From contig NC_068994.1 in assembly GCF_001194135.2 (NCBI RefSeq), positions 35,999,859 to 36,063,858 on the forward strand: DNA of 64,000 nucleotides, read 5' to 3'. Positions 26,660 through 38,860 of the stretch are shown here, piece by piece. The DNA comes from Octopus bimaculoides. Its lineage: Eukaryota. Made by a program: the position numbers and the translations under genes. The notes beneath the pieces were generated by a model. It was not told where the DNA came from, did not search any database, and saw only the letters and a program-made list of their open reading frames with translations. Within the stretch, counting starts at the first letter, position 1; every line of letters begins with the position of its first letter.

Positions 26660-26965
26660 CTGAGGGAATTTGGCTCACTTATTCAGTCATGAGGTCAATT
26701 CCTGGCAGTGGATTGTGACTTTGAGCATGACGTTTTATTTTATGTTGCTCCAGTCCACTCAACAGCCAAAAATGAGTAGCACCTGTAATTCAAAGGGCCA
26801 GCCTTGTCACATTCTGTGTCACACTGAATCTCCCTGATAACTACTTTAAGGGTATGCATGACTGTGGAGTGCTCAGCCACTTGCATGTTAATTTCACAAG
26901 CAGGCTGTTCCATTAATTGGATCAACTGGAACAATTGTCATCATAACTGACAGAGTGCCAGTGGC
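26660..26965 (+). mobile_element. SINE family D (distinct body)
   Basis: Pol III-like head (GAGGTCAATTCCTGG), GTTGCTCCAGTCCACTCAAC central domain and a GC-richer body ending GACAGAGTGCC. Recognised as a recurring SINE type; single copy in the window. Confidence 0.6.
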
Positions 26966-29900
26966 ATAGAATCTCATGTAGGATACGGTGATATGGCTTC
27001 TTTTGTCTTTCTGAAATAGATATGAAGTTTAACATTTTTGAAGAGAAATAAAAACGATGATATCCAAACTTCTCTGAGGAGTATGAACAATATAGAAAAA
27101 AGAGAAATAATTGTAACCATGAACAGAAGCCAGATTAATTATTCTTTTACTGTTTAGTTTGGGTTGGGCAGGCAGAGTCCATGTTTTTTTTTGTTTTGTT
27201 TTTTGCTTCAGCATCTCCAAGTTTAATAGGAAGAAGTAATCAGCAAATCTTAGACCTAGTTTGAATACTTGCAAGACAGTGAACTCTGCTAAAGGCATTC
27301 CGCAATCAAAGAGACATATTAAACTGAGTGACAAATTAAGTTTATAACCTAAGAATTCAGTATACAAACACCTAACATAAATACTGCAATGAATCTTGGT
27401 TAATGATCTTAGACTGGTGCTATAGTTTATTGACCCTATAAGGATGAAAGACAATGCTGACCTTAACATAGAAGAACACAGATAGCTAGAACAAACACTA
27501 AACAGCATTTTGTCCTATAGTTTAAAGCCTCTGCCAATTCATCACCTTTTTCATGACTTGTTGGACTGTGGTTACTGTCTACTCTGTGATAGTTATGCCA
27601 TTGGAAACATACAGAGATGAAAATGATGACATAGTTGAAAGTTGGACTATATGCATCACAATATCTAATTTTATCCCTATCAGTTCTGAGTTCAAATCCT
27701 GTTGAAAGCAATTTTGCCTTTCATAAAATTCAGTCTACCACAAGCCTACATACAAGCTTACATGGCTGGAACTTATCCAAAATTTCTAGGCATTTAGACA
27801 GAGTTTACAAAACTATATCTTGAATGGGATACCAGTCTGTCATCCCATTCAGGGTGCTACTGGTACTCATTTTCAGCTGAGTTTACTGGATCAACAGGAA
27901 ACAGTGTTTTAGTGAAGCACACAATACGCTGCCTGATCCAGCAATTGAACTTAATGATCCCGAACCCAATACTTCTAACTACTTGACCACATGCCTTTCA
28001 TTCATCCATTCAAGATCAAAGAAATAAGTTCCAAGTAGTAACATAAATGCTTTGTGCCAAATCTAAGAACTCAATATATAAAGTAGTTCCGATAATATAA
28101 ATAGGAATATACAAGAGTTTAAATTTTATTTGTAAATTGAAATCAAACCAGTATTTTTTTTTTTTTGCTTTTTGGAAGCAAGCAATTTACAAATTGTATT
28201 TGGTAGAAATCACTTGTGCATGAAAAACAAAGTTGTATAAGTTAAGACCAGTGACTTAAAAGTTCCTAAACTAATTCTAAATACAATGACTAATAGGAAA
28301 TAAGTAAAAAGTCAAGCAGCAAAACAATGCCTGGAGCCGCAGCTTTGTTAGCAGTTCTTAGGTGGGTGAAAAGGAGGAGGACAAGCAGGAGGAAGGAGGA
28401 GGAGAAGGAAAATATTTTCTGTTAATGAAAGTATAAGAAACTGAAGAGTGGGGAAGAAGGGAGGTAATATGTGAAGAATAATGACAGAGGAAAAGAATAA
28501 GAGATACAGCTGAATTCAATTTAAAATGTGAAGATTACAGAGAAAATGAGAGATAGAGAGAGAAATAAACAGATAGACATAGAGAGGGAATGAGAATGAA
28601 GTAAAGTATATTTTCCATCAATAACAAACAAGATTGTCTAGAAATAGTAACAAATGCTCTTTATTTATTTACTTTTTAACCTTGCAGGATTTTAGTTTTT
28701 GAAGTGTTATTATATATATTTGCACTTCGTACATACTTCCATGTCATTCACAAGACATCTTCACAAACATATAGTTGTGACAGAATCTGATGCAACTACA
28801 TTATCTCAGAACAAAAGATTCTTTAGCACCTTACTAAAAGGAGAAGAATGGAAAGTTATATTAACAAGAAAATATGCCTGCAACTTTCTATATAGAAAGA
28901 TTGTTACTGGAGAAATTGGTACAGAAATATTAAAAATAACAAAATATCTTTTAGCAATATTGACAATACACAAACATATTAAGTATTTATTCCTAGGTAT
29001 GTAAAATTAATTCTACGATGAGATGGTATGGGGGATTAGTTTGTTGAAGTTTAGTCATATACAGAATAATAAATCTTTAAGTGATGTTATGCATTACTGC
29101 TATATATGAACTGAAGAGGCAGTTGAGTTAAGTATTTTTGTGAGATAGTAGTGTGCATTGTGTGTTAGGGTAATGGTTCTACAAGAACACTGTTACCGCA
29201 TAGGAATTTGATATTTAAATATAATGAAATAATGGAAGAGTAATTATTATGTAAATTAATAAATAAATAAATATTATAAACTTATTTATTGAAATAATTG
29301 ATAATATCCATTCTAAATTGGAAATAGAAGAATATGCTATAATTAATGAAACATGATTTTATGAAATGAATAAAATTTTTCAATCCCAATAAATTCATAA
29401 TATAACTTTCATCTCATTTATATGGTGCTTCAAAACTATTGTTTTGAAGCACCATAGGAATGAAAACAAATAATTAAACAAATTAATCCCTTAAGTGTAT
29501 ATCTTTTCATTCATTCATTCAATCATCATCATTGTCGTCGTTGTCGTCATCATCATCAATACAATTTATTTTAAATACTTTACTTTTCCTTGTTAATAGC
29601 TTGGATGTTGGTGCCTTATCAAATTTTAATGTTAATTTCAAAGATTATGCAAGGCCAAGCATTTTCATTTTCTGTAGCGGGTAGGCTGGGGGAGGGGTAT
29701 TATTGATTATATTTTCCTTAGTATATAACTGGCATATATTTTGTTGACGGCCTTCATCTCCCCATATAAAAAAGGGAAAAAGCAAGGTCAAGTGGAGAGA
29801 GGTTTGTATTCAGGACATAAAAAGACATAGCTAAATGTTGTGAAACATTTTGCCTAATGCTCTTTCAGGGTCTGTCACTATAACTGTTTGTTAATTGAAT

Positions 29901-30319
29901 ATTCTTTCTTCCAATATTGTAATTAAGTAAAAAAATATATATAATTCAAAAGCTTAATGGTTGAAAAGTACGAGAAGGTATCATCATCATCATCATCATA
30001 GTTTTAGCATCTTCTTTTCCACACCTGCATCGGAGCATGTTAGAGCAGAGTTTTCTATAGCTAGATGCCCCCTATGTGGCCAACACCCTTTGTTTCCAAG
30101 TGGGGTAAAAGTCTCCCAGTCTACTAAACAATATATATAACCAAGACATGTTTTATACAAAGAACTGAAACAAATGACACAAAATGAATGTCTTTTTTTG
30201 TTTACAAAGACTGCATAACAAGTCAAAACATGCCAAGAAGTTCAGAATGCTTTCCTGGTGGACTGCAAAGAAACTACTTACTCTCTCACACACACACACA
30301 CATCTACATACATACATAC

Positions 30320-30350
<31 letters not shown>

Positions 30351-31193
30351 NNNNNNNNNNNNNNNNNNNNNNNNNNNNNNNNNNNNNNNNNNNNNNNNNN
30401 NNNNNNNNNNNNNNNNNNNNNNNNNNNNNNNNNNNNNNNNNNNNNNNNNNNNNNNNNNNNNNNNNNNNNNNNNNNNNNNNNNNNNNNNNNNNNNNNNNNN
30501 NNNNNNNNNNNNNNNNNNNNNNNNNNNNNNNNNNNNNNNNNNNNNNNNNNNNNNNNNNNNNNNNNNNNNNNNNNNNNNNNNNNNNNNNNNNNNNNNNNNN
30601 NNNNNNNNNNNNNNNNNNNNNNNNNNNNNNNNNNNNNNNNNNNNNNNNNNNNNNNNNNNNNNNNNNNNNNNNNNNNNNNNNNNNNNNNNNNNNNNNNNNN
30701 NNNNNNNNNNNNNNNNNNNNNNNNNNNNNNNNNNNNNNNNNNNNNNNNNNNNNNNNNNNNNNNNNNNNNNNNNNNNNNNNNNNNNNNNNNNNNNNNNNNN
30801 NNNNNNNNNNNNNNNNNNNNNNNNNNNNNNNNNNNNNNNNNNNNNNNNNNNNNNNNNNNNNNNNNNNNNNNNNNNNNNNNNNNNNNNNNNNNNNNNNNNN
30901 NNNNNNNNNNNNNNNNNNNNNNNNNNNNNNNNNNNNNNNNNNNNNNNNNNNNNNNNNNNNNNNNNNNNNNNNNNNNNNNNNNNNNNNNNNNNNNNNNNNN
31001 NNNNNNNNNNNNNNNNNNNNNNNNNNNNNNNNNNNNNNNNNNNNNNNNNNNNNNNNNNNNNNNNNNNNNNNNNNNNNNNNNNNNNNNNNNNNNNNNNNNN
31101 NNNNNNNNNNNNNNNNNNNNNNNNNNNNNNNNNNNNNNNNNNNNNNNNNNNNNNNNNNNNNNNNNNNNNNNNNNNNNNNNNNNNNNNNNNNNN
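30351..31193. other. Assembly gap (largest of seven)
   Basis: N runs at 246-701, 5289-5298, 13714-13826, 16430-16439, 30351-31193, 33392-33578 and 59007-59138, nearly all abutting microsatellites. Confidence 0.99.
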
Positions 31194-31761
31194 CTAATGA
31201 AAAACTGACTGCAGTTACCGTTGAAAAAAAAAGGTTTTTTCTTTCTTAAGATAAAAGGTGTAAAAACTGCATATCTGCCCAGTGCTTGCTTCTACCAGAT
31301 TCCCAGATTTGTGTTTCTGACTCTTTACCTTTCCTCAATGGGAAATACTTCTATCTTTTCCCTTTTCAAATAAAATATTTCCCTCAGTATTCACTATTTT
31401 TCCCTCGTTCTGGTCTAATGACCCTCCATGTTTGCTTTCGTTTGGTTTCCTTGTAAGTCTCTACTGTCCTGTTTTTGTTCCCAACTTTGAGCCTCAATAA
31501 ATCCAAAATTTTATTTTGGTATTTATGGGAGCAACTGTCTTTGAAGACTCATATTGCCGTTGATTGCTCGAAATAGGGAGTAGATAGACAGCCGACAACT
31601 GACGAAGTGTCGTTCTTTGTATTCTTTGTATTGTCCTGTTTTCCATTTTTTTATCTCATTGTTTACATATCTAACTCATTTGTTTTCGTATTTCATTCTT
31701 TTTACTGTTGGAGACGTCCTGTACCCATATATGCACACACACACACACACACACACATATA

Positions 31762-32143
31762 TCATGTAACGTTGTGGACGTAGTATATAAATGTATAGTG
31801 ATTTTGAAGGATAATAACTGTAGTAATAATGATAACATAAATATTGCTTACATTGGATCGACTTCCAATAAAATTCAATCCCGAGTGGCCCAACATATGA
31901 ATTCTTTTAAGAACATAAATTTAACGAACTCAATGGGCCTTAGTAAATACATTTGGGAACTTGAAAAGAATAGAATACGAGTTAAAATGGGAAATAGTTT
32001 GCAAGGCTAAATCATATAGGATAGGGAATAAATTCTGCTTATTATGTACTAACGAATTTAAAGAGATATTAACCTACTCTCACGATGAACGTAATATTAA
32101 ATGCAGACATAAATTAAATTACTTATATAATAAGTTTAGATAA
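31762..32143 (+). mobile_element. Penelope-like element GIY-YIG endonuclease remnant (5'-truncated, one frameshift)
   Basis: CNVVDVVYKCIV...IAYIGSTSNKIQSRVAQHMNSFKN...LSKYIWELEK, then a frameshift near 31975-31985, then EYELKWEIVCKAKSY...CLLCTNEFKEIL...KCRH. The VVY-x-YIG pair, catalytic R/H region, CxxC and terminal CRH fit PLE endonucleases. No RT upstream; the left boundary is a (CA)n tract. Confidence 0.85.
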
Positions 32144-32351
32144 CTAATTTATTTATTTAAACCTAGTATTAGGTACCAACTTATAGTTATGGTCAGTATC
32201 GTAAAATACATCAAATTAGCTTTAGAATACACTTTAATCATCACAATATTATACAAAATTGGAACATATAACTACCTTTACTTTAAGTATTCAACGATAA
32301 TATGAGCAGTCTTTTACAATGTTTCATAATATTATTTTAGTAATATATAAC

Positions 32352-32780
32352 CTTCGTATTTGGTATAGTTATTATTCTGCGTAAATCTGAGAGTTTTAAG
32401 TATTTTAGTATTATTAATCTTCATTAAACTTTTTATTTTAGATAGATTTTCTTTTTCGATATTTTCGTTATTATTTTAGTAATTATAAGACGTAATTACC
32501 TCTGGTAATGGACGCCATGTTTATCACGTGACTTTTCAGTATTAATTGTCATAGCATTATTTACGTAATATAGAATTTTCGTATGGGTATAGTTATTACT
32601 CTGCGTTAATTTGCAAGTTGAAGTATTTTAGTATTTTTAATCCTCAAGAAACTTTATTTTAGGTAGATTTTCTTTTTCGATGTTTTCGTTATTATTTTAG
32701 TAATTATAATACGCATGTACTTCTGGGTAATAGACGCCATATTTATCACGTGACCTTTTAGTATAAATTCTATAGCACAG
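32352..32780 (+). repeat. Two-copy ~222-225-bp tandem repeat downstream of the PLE endonuclease (putative pLTR/UTR)
   Basis: TCGTAT..GGTATAGTTATT starts at 32354 and 32579. The shared blocks TAGATTTTCTTTTTCGAT.TTTTCGTTATTATTTTAGTAATTATAA and GACGCCAT.TTTATCACGTGAC occur in both copies. Confidence 0.85.
32511..32754 (+). promoter_or_regulatory. Duplicated YY1-like (GACGCCATNTT) plus E-box (TCACGTGAC) module
   Basis: Motifs at 32511-32521/32524-32532 and 32733-32743/32746-32754, with identical spacing in both copies, in a very AT-rich background. Function is inferred. Confidence 0.4.
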
Positions 32781-35700
32781 CCATTTTGCTTTATTTTACA
32801 GTTACCAGCCGGCAGGTAAGTCATGTTTTCTTATTTTAATTTTATAAACAATATTGACATCCGTCTTCTAGTAACTTTGTACACTAGCACATTTTTGTTT
32901 TTACTATTATCTACTTATTCCATAATGTTTTAACCTTGTTTACTATAATATTATTAAATTGTAACTCTTATTAATACCGTTCATGTAGGGATTAGTTTAC
33001 AGATTTTGTCTCTTTATATATATTTTTATTTCTCATGTTTATGTTTATTCCTTGGATGATTTTAGGTATTTTCTTAGGGATTTGACCTGAAGAGTGACTA
33101 ATTTTGGGAGTAAAATCATTTCCCCGTTCTAATGAACTCGGATAGAATTTGCTTATGATTTTATATAGTCCTATTTCAGCAATGAAATGCACGTAGTCTA
33201 TATACTAGCACTAACTTTTTACATTTATACTTCCATACTGTATATTATCGTATTAATTTTTACTGTCCAATTTATAAATTTGACTTTTAAATTGTTTAAA
33301 TTAATATTTCTAGGATTTATTTATATGATTTATTTATGTAATATGTTATTTAATCTAAATTTTTAGATTAAAATATTAGATTTATTAAGATNNNNNNNNN
33401 NNNNNNNNNNNNNNNNNNNNNNNNNNNNNNNNNNNNNNNNNNNNNNNNNNNNNNNNNNNNNNNNNNNNNNNNNNNNNNNNNNNNNNNNNNNNNNNNNNNN
33501 NNNNNNNNNNNNNNNNNNNNNNNNNNNNNNNNNNNNNNNNNNNNNNNNNNNNNNNNNNNNNNNNNNNNNNNNNNNNNNATATATATATAATGATTATTTC
33601 TTCTCAAGTTGCCAGAAAAACTAATTTATTTATTGTAAAATCATTTAGAGGGATTATATATAGCAACTCAAAATAATAATAAAGACGCATTTATTAAATT
33701 AGTTATCATTTTTCATTCATTAGTTATCAGTTATCAACTCAGAAATGAAAATGTAAAATATCCACCGCGTTTGATTTTAAATTTGTATTACCATTAAATA
33801 TTTCTACTTTTCCAAACAAGATTTCTAAAAAAAAAAACACTATAGGGTCGACTAAGAGGGGTACTTTAGGAAAACTATTAGCAAAATATTATACAAGTTG
33901 TTATAACATTGGATAGGGATATTAATTTGTGTAAAATACATGGCATATAGACCAAGCTCAATTCCTTGATGATGGTGTGGTATCCTAGAAAAGATTATTA
34001 AAGCAGACGAACAAGAATGTCTGGAGAAAGATTCAGATAAATATAGTAACAAAGAATAATACAATTCAGTAAGAAGGTTTAAGAGAACCATAGTAAAAAA
34101 AAAAAAAGATATAACCATAAAACATAAAAATACGAAAATGAAACAGAAAGTCTGTTTCAAAGAGAAACATGTAAAAAAAAAAAAAAAAATTCAAGGGGAG
34201 AAAAAAAATGACTTGAAATATATTTGACTAAATGGCTTTTTATTAAAAGAAATAAAATCACTCTAAAGATGAGAAAATGTACCAATGTATTTTCTAGAAT
34301 GTTATTCATTGAACTCAGAGGGAAAGTAAAATACCAATGAAAAAAGAAACAAAGTAGCAATCCATATTGTTTTCTTTTTGATTTATTTATATATAGATTT
34401 TTTATTTTACTTTTTAGTGTGTGCGTATGTGAGACTCCATTAAGTAAAGAAACAATATATAAATACATAAATGCAATCCCAGACATGCTTTATAGAAAGA
34501 AGAAAAGAGATACTGCTTCTTTTCTTTTAATTATGTTTTATATAAAAGAAATTTGATCTAAAGTGTACAAAAATAAAATTCTCTTTTTTCATCATTTTGT
34601 TTATGACTTAAGATCAAAAATTTAGTTTTACGCTTTCAAAATGTAATATATGCACAGAGAAATAACTTTACTGAAATAGAACATAGCGAATATGGTAAAT
34701 GCTTATAGTGCATTGAAAGAACACAAAGAAAGAACTCAGCTTATAATAGCAGACTTAAAACAAGAACAAGAAGGCAGATTCTAAAGTGAAGCAATATCAA
34801 TTCGCTAATCTTAAACAATATCCTGCCTTCAGATAATGAATCCAAACAGTAGGTTGCTAAAACTGGTTGATGATAACTGACAACTAACATTCAACAGCTT
34901 AGAATGAAAGAACTTGAATTTTATCCCTCAAGCTTCTAACAGGATATGCAGCAGCTCTCATACAATGTCATTGACAGCTGCAAAACATGAAAGGAAAAGC
35001 ATAGCTCTTTGATAGGACAACATTCCTCCAGTCATCAAAAATGTAAATAAATTAACAAGTAAACTAAAATTCTTACTTTAATCTAATGAATACTGTTGAT
35101 CTAAGCCATAATCAATGATGTTTATATTTCTCACCAGTTGCAGATCAAAGCTACAGGATCGTCACTTTCAATAGTAAAATATAACATAGGCAAACAAGAC
35201 CCTTACCATCATCACCACCAACACTGCCAACATCACCCGCATTATCAGCATCATCAAAACAAAATGTAAGTGGAATTGTCACTTCAGTGGCTGTGTATAG
35301 AATCCAATTCTAGACCAGTTTAAGTATACGTAATATATGTAAATGAGAGCAGGTTGTGGGTTTTCGCCTACAAACTTAGCTTTAATAAAGCAAGGAACAT
35401 ATTGTTTGATCTTATATAGTCCATATTAGGTTTCATTATAATTTCAATACACACCATCTCAGGTGATTCTTCATTTCACTGTTGACACAGCCTCTTTTAA
35501 TGTTTAAGTGTATGGATATGAGTGTGTGAGTGTGCATGTGTATGTGGATGCAGATATGTATGTGTTAGCGTGTAAAGAATCAGCTCCATACTTTATTTTT
35601 TCTATAGCTGTTTGCAAGAAAACAAAGTGACATAAATCTATATTAGCATAACACACAGCACATACACAAATACACACACATATATGCACACTTACCGGTA

Positions 35701-35829
35701 TACAAATATATGCACACATGTCTGCTTAAACACACACACATGCATCTATCTCCCTTTTTTTTCACTGTTATAATGTTGTAAACACAATACTGTTCATAGA
35801 CTATTTTATGGCACTTTCCATAATATTTT

Positions 35830-36120
35830 TTCTAGACATCACTTGTTTGAAGGTATATTTCTTAGGCAGGCGTTAGCTACTCGGCATTTTCTAGCAAATT
35901 CTTCTGTCTATGGAACTTCTGGAGATTCTTTAACAGGCCTCCTGTTTTTAAGTATTTCTTGAATATAAAAGTCTTGACCAGTCACATGTATTATTGAGTG
36001 TCTCATCAGCCTTGCCATTATAATGTGTTCAGTTGATATGTTTAGGTTCTATTTCTTGACTGAAGTCTCTTAGCACAGATGATATTCCTTTGTGCAATGC
36101 AATGATCATGCCAGATTTAA
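35830..36120 (-). mobile_element. Possible highly degraded Tc1-like N-terminal remnant
   Basis: Minus-strand GMIIALHKG.S and SIDRRIC fragments resemble Tc1 paired-domain motifs, with many disruptions and no TIR seen. Confidence 0.25.
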
Positions 36121-36949
36121 CTGCTTAGTTTCCCACAACCACCAACACCAGGTTGAACTTAAATATCCTGGCCCTTGTGACTATCTTCTGTGTCATATAC
36201 TGCAAGTTTTTGAAATATAAACCCAAGGTCACACATACAAGCACACACACATGCACACATGTGAGAACAACAGGCTTCTTCCAATTTCCTTATACTAATT
36301 TCACTCACAAGGTATTGGTCAGCTACATTATACTAGCTGACAGTATCCATACCAGAGAACTGAACTCCTACCCACATACTTCTGAAGCAAACTTCTAAAC
36401 CACACACCTGTACACACAAACACACATATTCTGTTATTTGTTTCAGTCATTTGACTGCAGCCATTCACAAGATACACACGCGCACACACAACATACAGAT
36501 ATATATGTATGTATACATCTTAAACAAGATATTTTACTTTGTTTTAATTTGCAAAAATAATAATGTTTCTTTTGCCTAGCAACGATTTAGGCACAATTCA
36601 ATTTTCTTGTGATACAGAATTTTAAAATACTGAAAAGCTGTAGAGTCTTTGTGCATGTTATCTGCTGTAGTGAGAATAGTAAGATTTTGTAAATTGTAAA
36701 TAAAAGAATTTTCTGGCTTTCTTATACAGAAACAAAAAAACAACCTCGTACAATTATTATGTCAGTTGAGAGTTGTTACAATAATAAATGGCTTCTGTAA
36801 TAGAAAGAGTTGTCAAATGTGTCTGACAAAATTAATATGTATATCAGTAATTAGATGATTTTTATAACATTACAGGCAAGTAAATCTACAGATTGATGGT
36901 ATTTGAGCAAAATCATTTCCCATTATGGGGACAACAAAAAAAGGATGAG

Positions 36950-37125
36950 AGATTGGCGAAATTGTGGTATTTCTTCTGACTCTACATTTTATGTCCAAAT
37001 CCCACCAAGGTCGACTTTGCCTTTTTTCACTCTGTGGTCAATAAAATAGTGTATCAGTATAGTTCCAGAGTCAATACTATCAACTAATCCTCCCAACAAA
37101 ATTGCTGGCCTTGTGCCTAAATTAA
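36950..37125 (+). mobile_element. SINE family A copy, diverged
   Basis: CAAATCCCACCAAGGTCGACTTTGCC...AAAATTGCTGGCCTTGTGCCTAAATT. Confidence 0.7.
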
Positions 37126-38169
37126 CAGCAACTATGATGACAAAGAAAAATATGATTAGGGTATCACATTTAGAACAATGTAATGGAGACTAAACAGTTC
37201 AATCTCAGTCTCTGCTACAGATTTTTTTATGTTGCTTCAACAGCATGACTGTGGTTAAGAAGTCTCTTTTATAACTAAATGTTTCCTGGTTCAGTATCAC
37301 AGCAAAACACTTAGTTTGTGTTTTCTACAATAGCCTCAGGTTTACCAAAGCCTTGTGAGTGAAATTTAGTGCATAGAAAGTGTGCAGATACCTGCTAAAG
37401 GAACCATTCCTGCTTTTTGGTAGTAGACTTAATTGATTAATTAGTTTGATACTACTATTTGGTCCTTAGATGATTTTATCCACGTCCACTCTATTGCTTA
37501 GAAGTATTTGAAACAGGTCTCCAGTGTAAGCATAATTTCCTCCCTTCTAGCTACCAGTTTTAAAAACAATGAAAAATGTTTTGGTTACAGATCTTCTGCT
37601 TCTCACTAAGCTTATAAACTTAATATTTACAAAAGGGTGGGTATTTGGAATGGTCATGCTTCCATAACACAAAGACTGCTGTGAGGAAAAGTGAAATGCT
37701 AAGTTTGTCAATTTTCACACAAAGTATAGTTCAATAGTATGTTTGTTTGCTTCTCTCACGAATAAAGTCATCAACAATATATTATGAGAATATTCTTTCA
37801 ATGGATTATTTCAAAGAATGAGGTCGGTACCCATGATCAGAATCTGTTCTTTTTGCTCTTTATCACATGACTGCAACAGAAAGACATGGCTAGAATGTCT
37901 GTAACAGAGTGGACTCTGTTAAAGGTACCCACAACCCAGACGTCTGTATTACAAACTGATCAATAGATGAAGTCTACTGCACAAAACCAGAAATGAGAGA
38001 ATGAGATTAGTGAGTGCAGCTGACTAGATGCAGATAATTTGATACAGGTGACTGAACATTTAGACTGTTTTGACAACAGTACGTTTTGGTGCTGGAGGCA
38101 AACATGCACACATGCATGCACACCCTGGAATATAAACACTCAGAAAGAATGAGAGAGAGGGTGAGACTC

Positions 38170-38398
38170 GTTGCAAAATATAGGTTTCAACTTTTGGCAC
38201 AAGGCCAGCAATTTCAAGTGAGAGGAAAATCAATTACATTAACCCCAGTGTTCAACTGGTACTTATTTTATTAACCTTGAAATGATGAAAAGCAAAGACA
38301 ACCCCAGTGGCATTATTCACAGAACATAAAGTTGGAAGAAATGCTGGTAAGCATTTTGTCCAGGGTGTTAACAATTCTGCCAGCACACCGCCTTGCTC
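38170..38398 (-). mobile_element. SINE family A copy
   Basis: GGCACAAGGCCAGCAATTTC...CTGGTACTTATTTTATTAACCTTGAAATGATGAAAAGCAAAG...AACAATTCTGCCAGCACACCGCC. Confidence 0.8.
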
Positions 38399-38860
38399 AT
38401 TGCAGTATGTTAACTGAGTATAATTAATGTAAAGACTTTTCCTTTCTAGAGAGAAATATGGTGACACACATAAACAGAGAGAGAGATCAGAAGGGGGGAT
38501 TAGAGAACAAGAGAAGTATTAAAAGATCTGATACCAAATAAATCACCATAAATTCAGTGATGCCAAATAGGTGACACCAAAACAGCTGTGTCAAAACATC
38601 TCGTACCCCAGAAATAATATCCACCCCCCACCCCCACAGGCTTTCTTGCAGTTTCTGTTGTTCAAATTTCACTCCTGAGAGTTTTGTCAACCCAAGGCTG
38701 AACTTTCAAAGAACACAGCCAAGCAAAATTTGCTACTTATACAGAATGTAATTTTGTTGTTCATTCAAGTTTCAGTCACTATTAACTCTTCTTAACTCAT
38801 TAACTTGAATCTTTTATTGACATTATCAATCAATACTTTCTAGTCTTTAAGATAATTCTC

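Noticed and set aside
31590-31725. CTGACGA ... GAGACGTC hammerhead-like cores upstream of the PLE endonuclease
   Set aside because: GAAA is not intact, and no convincing stem I or II pairing was found.
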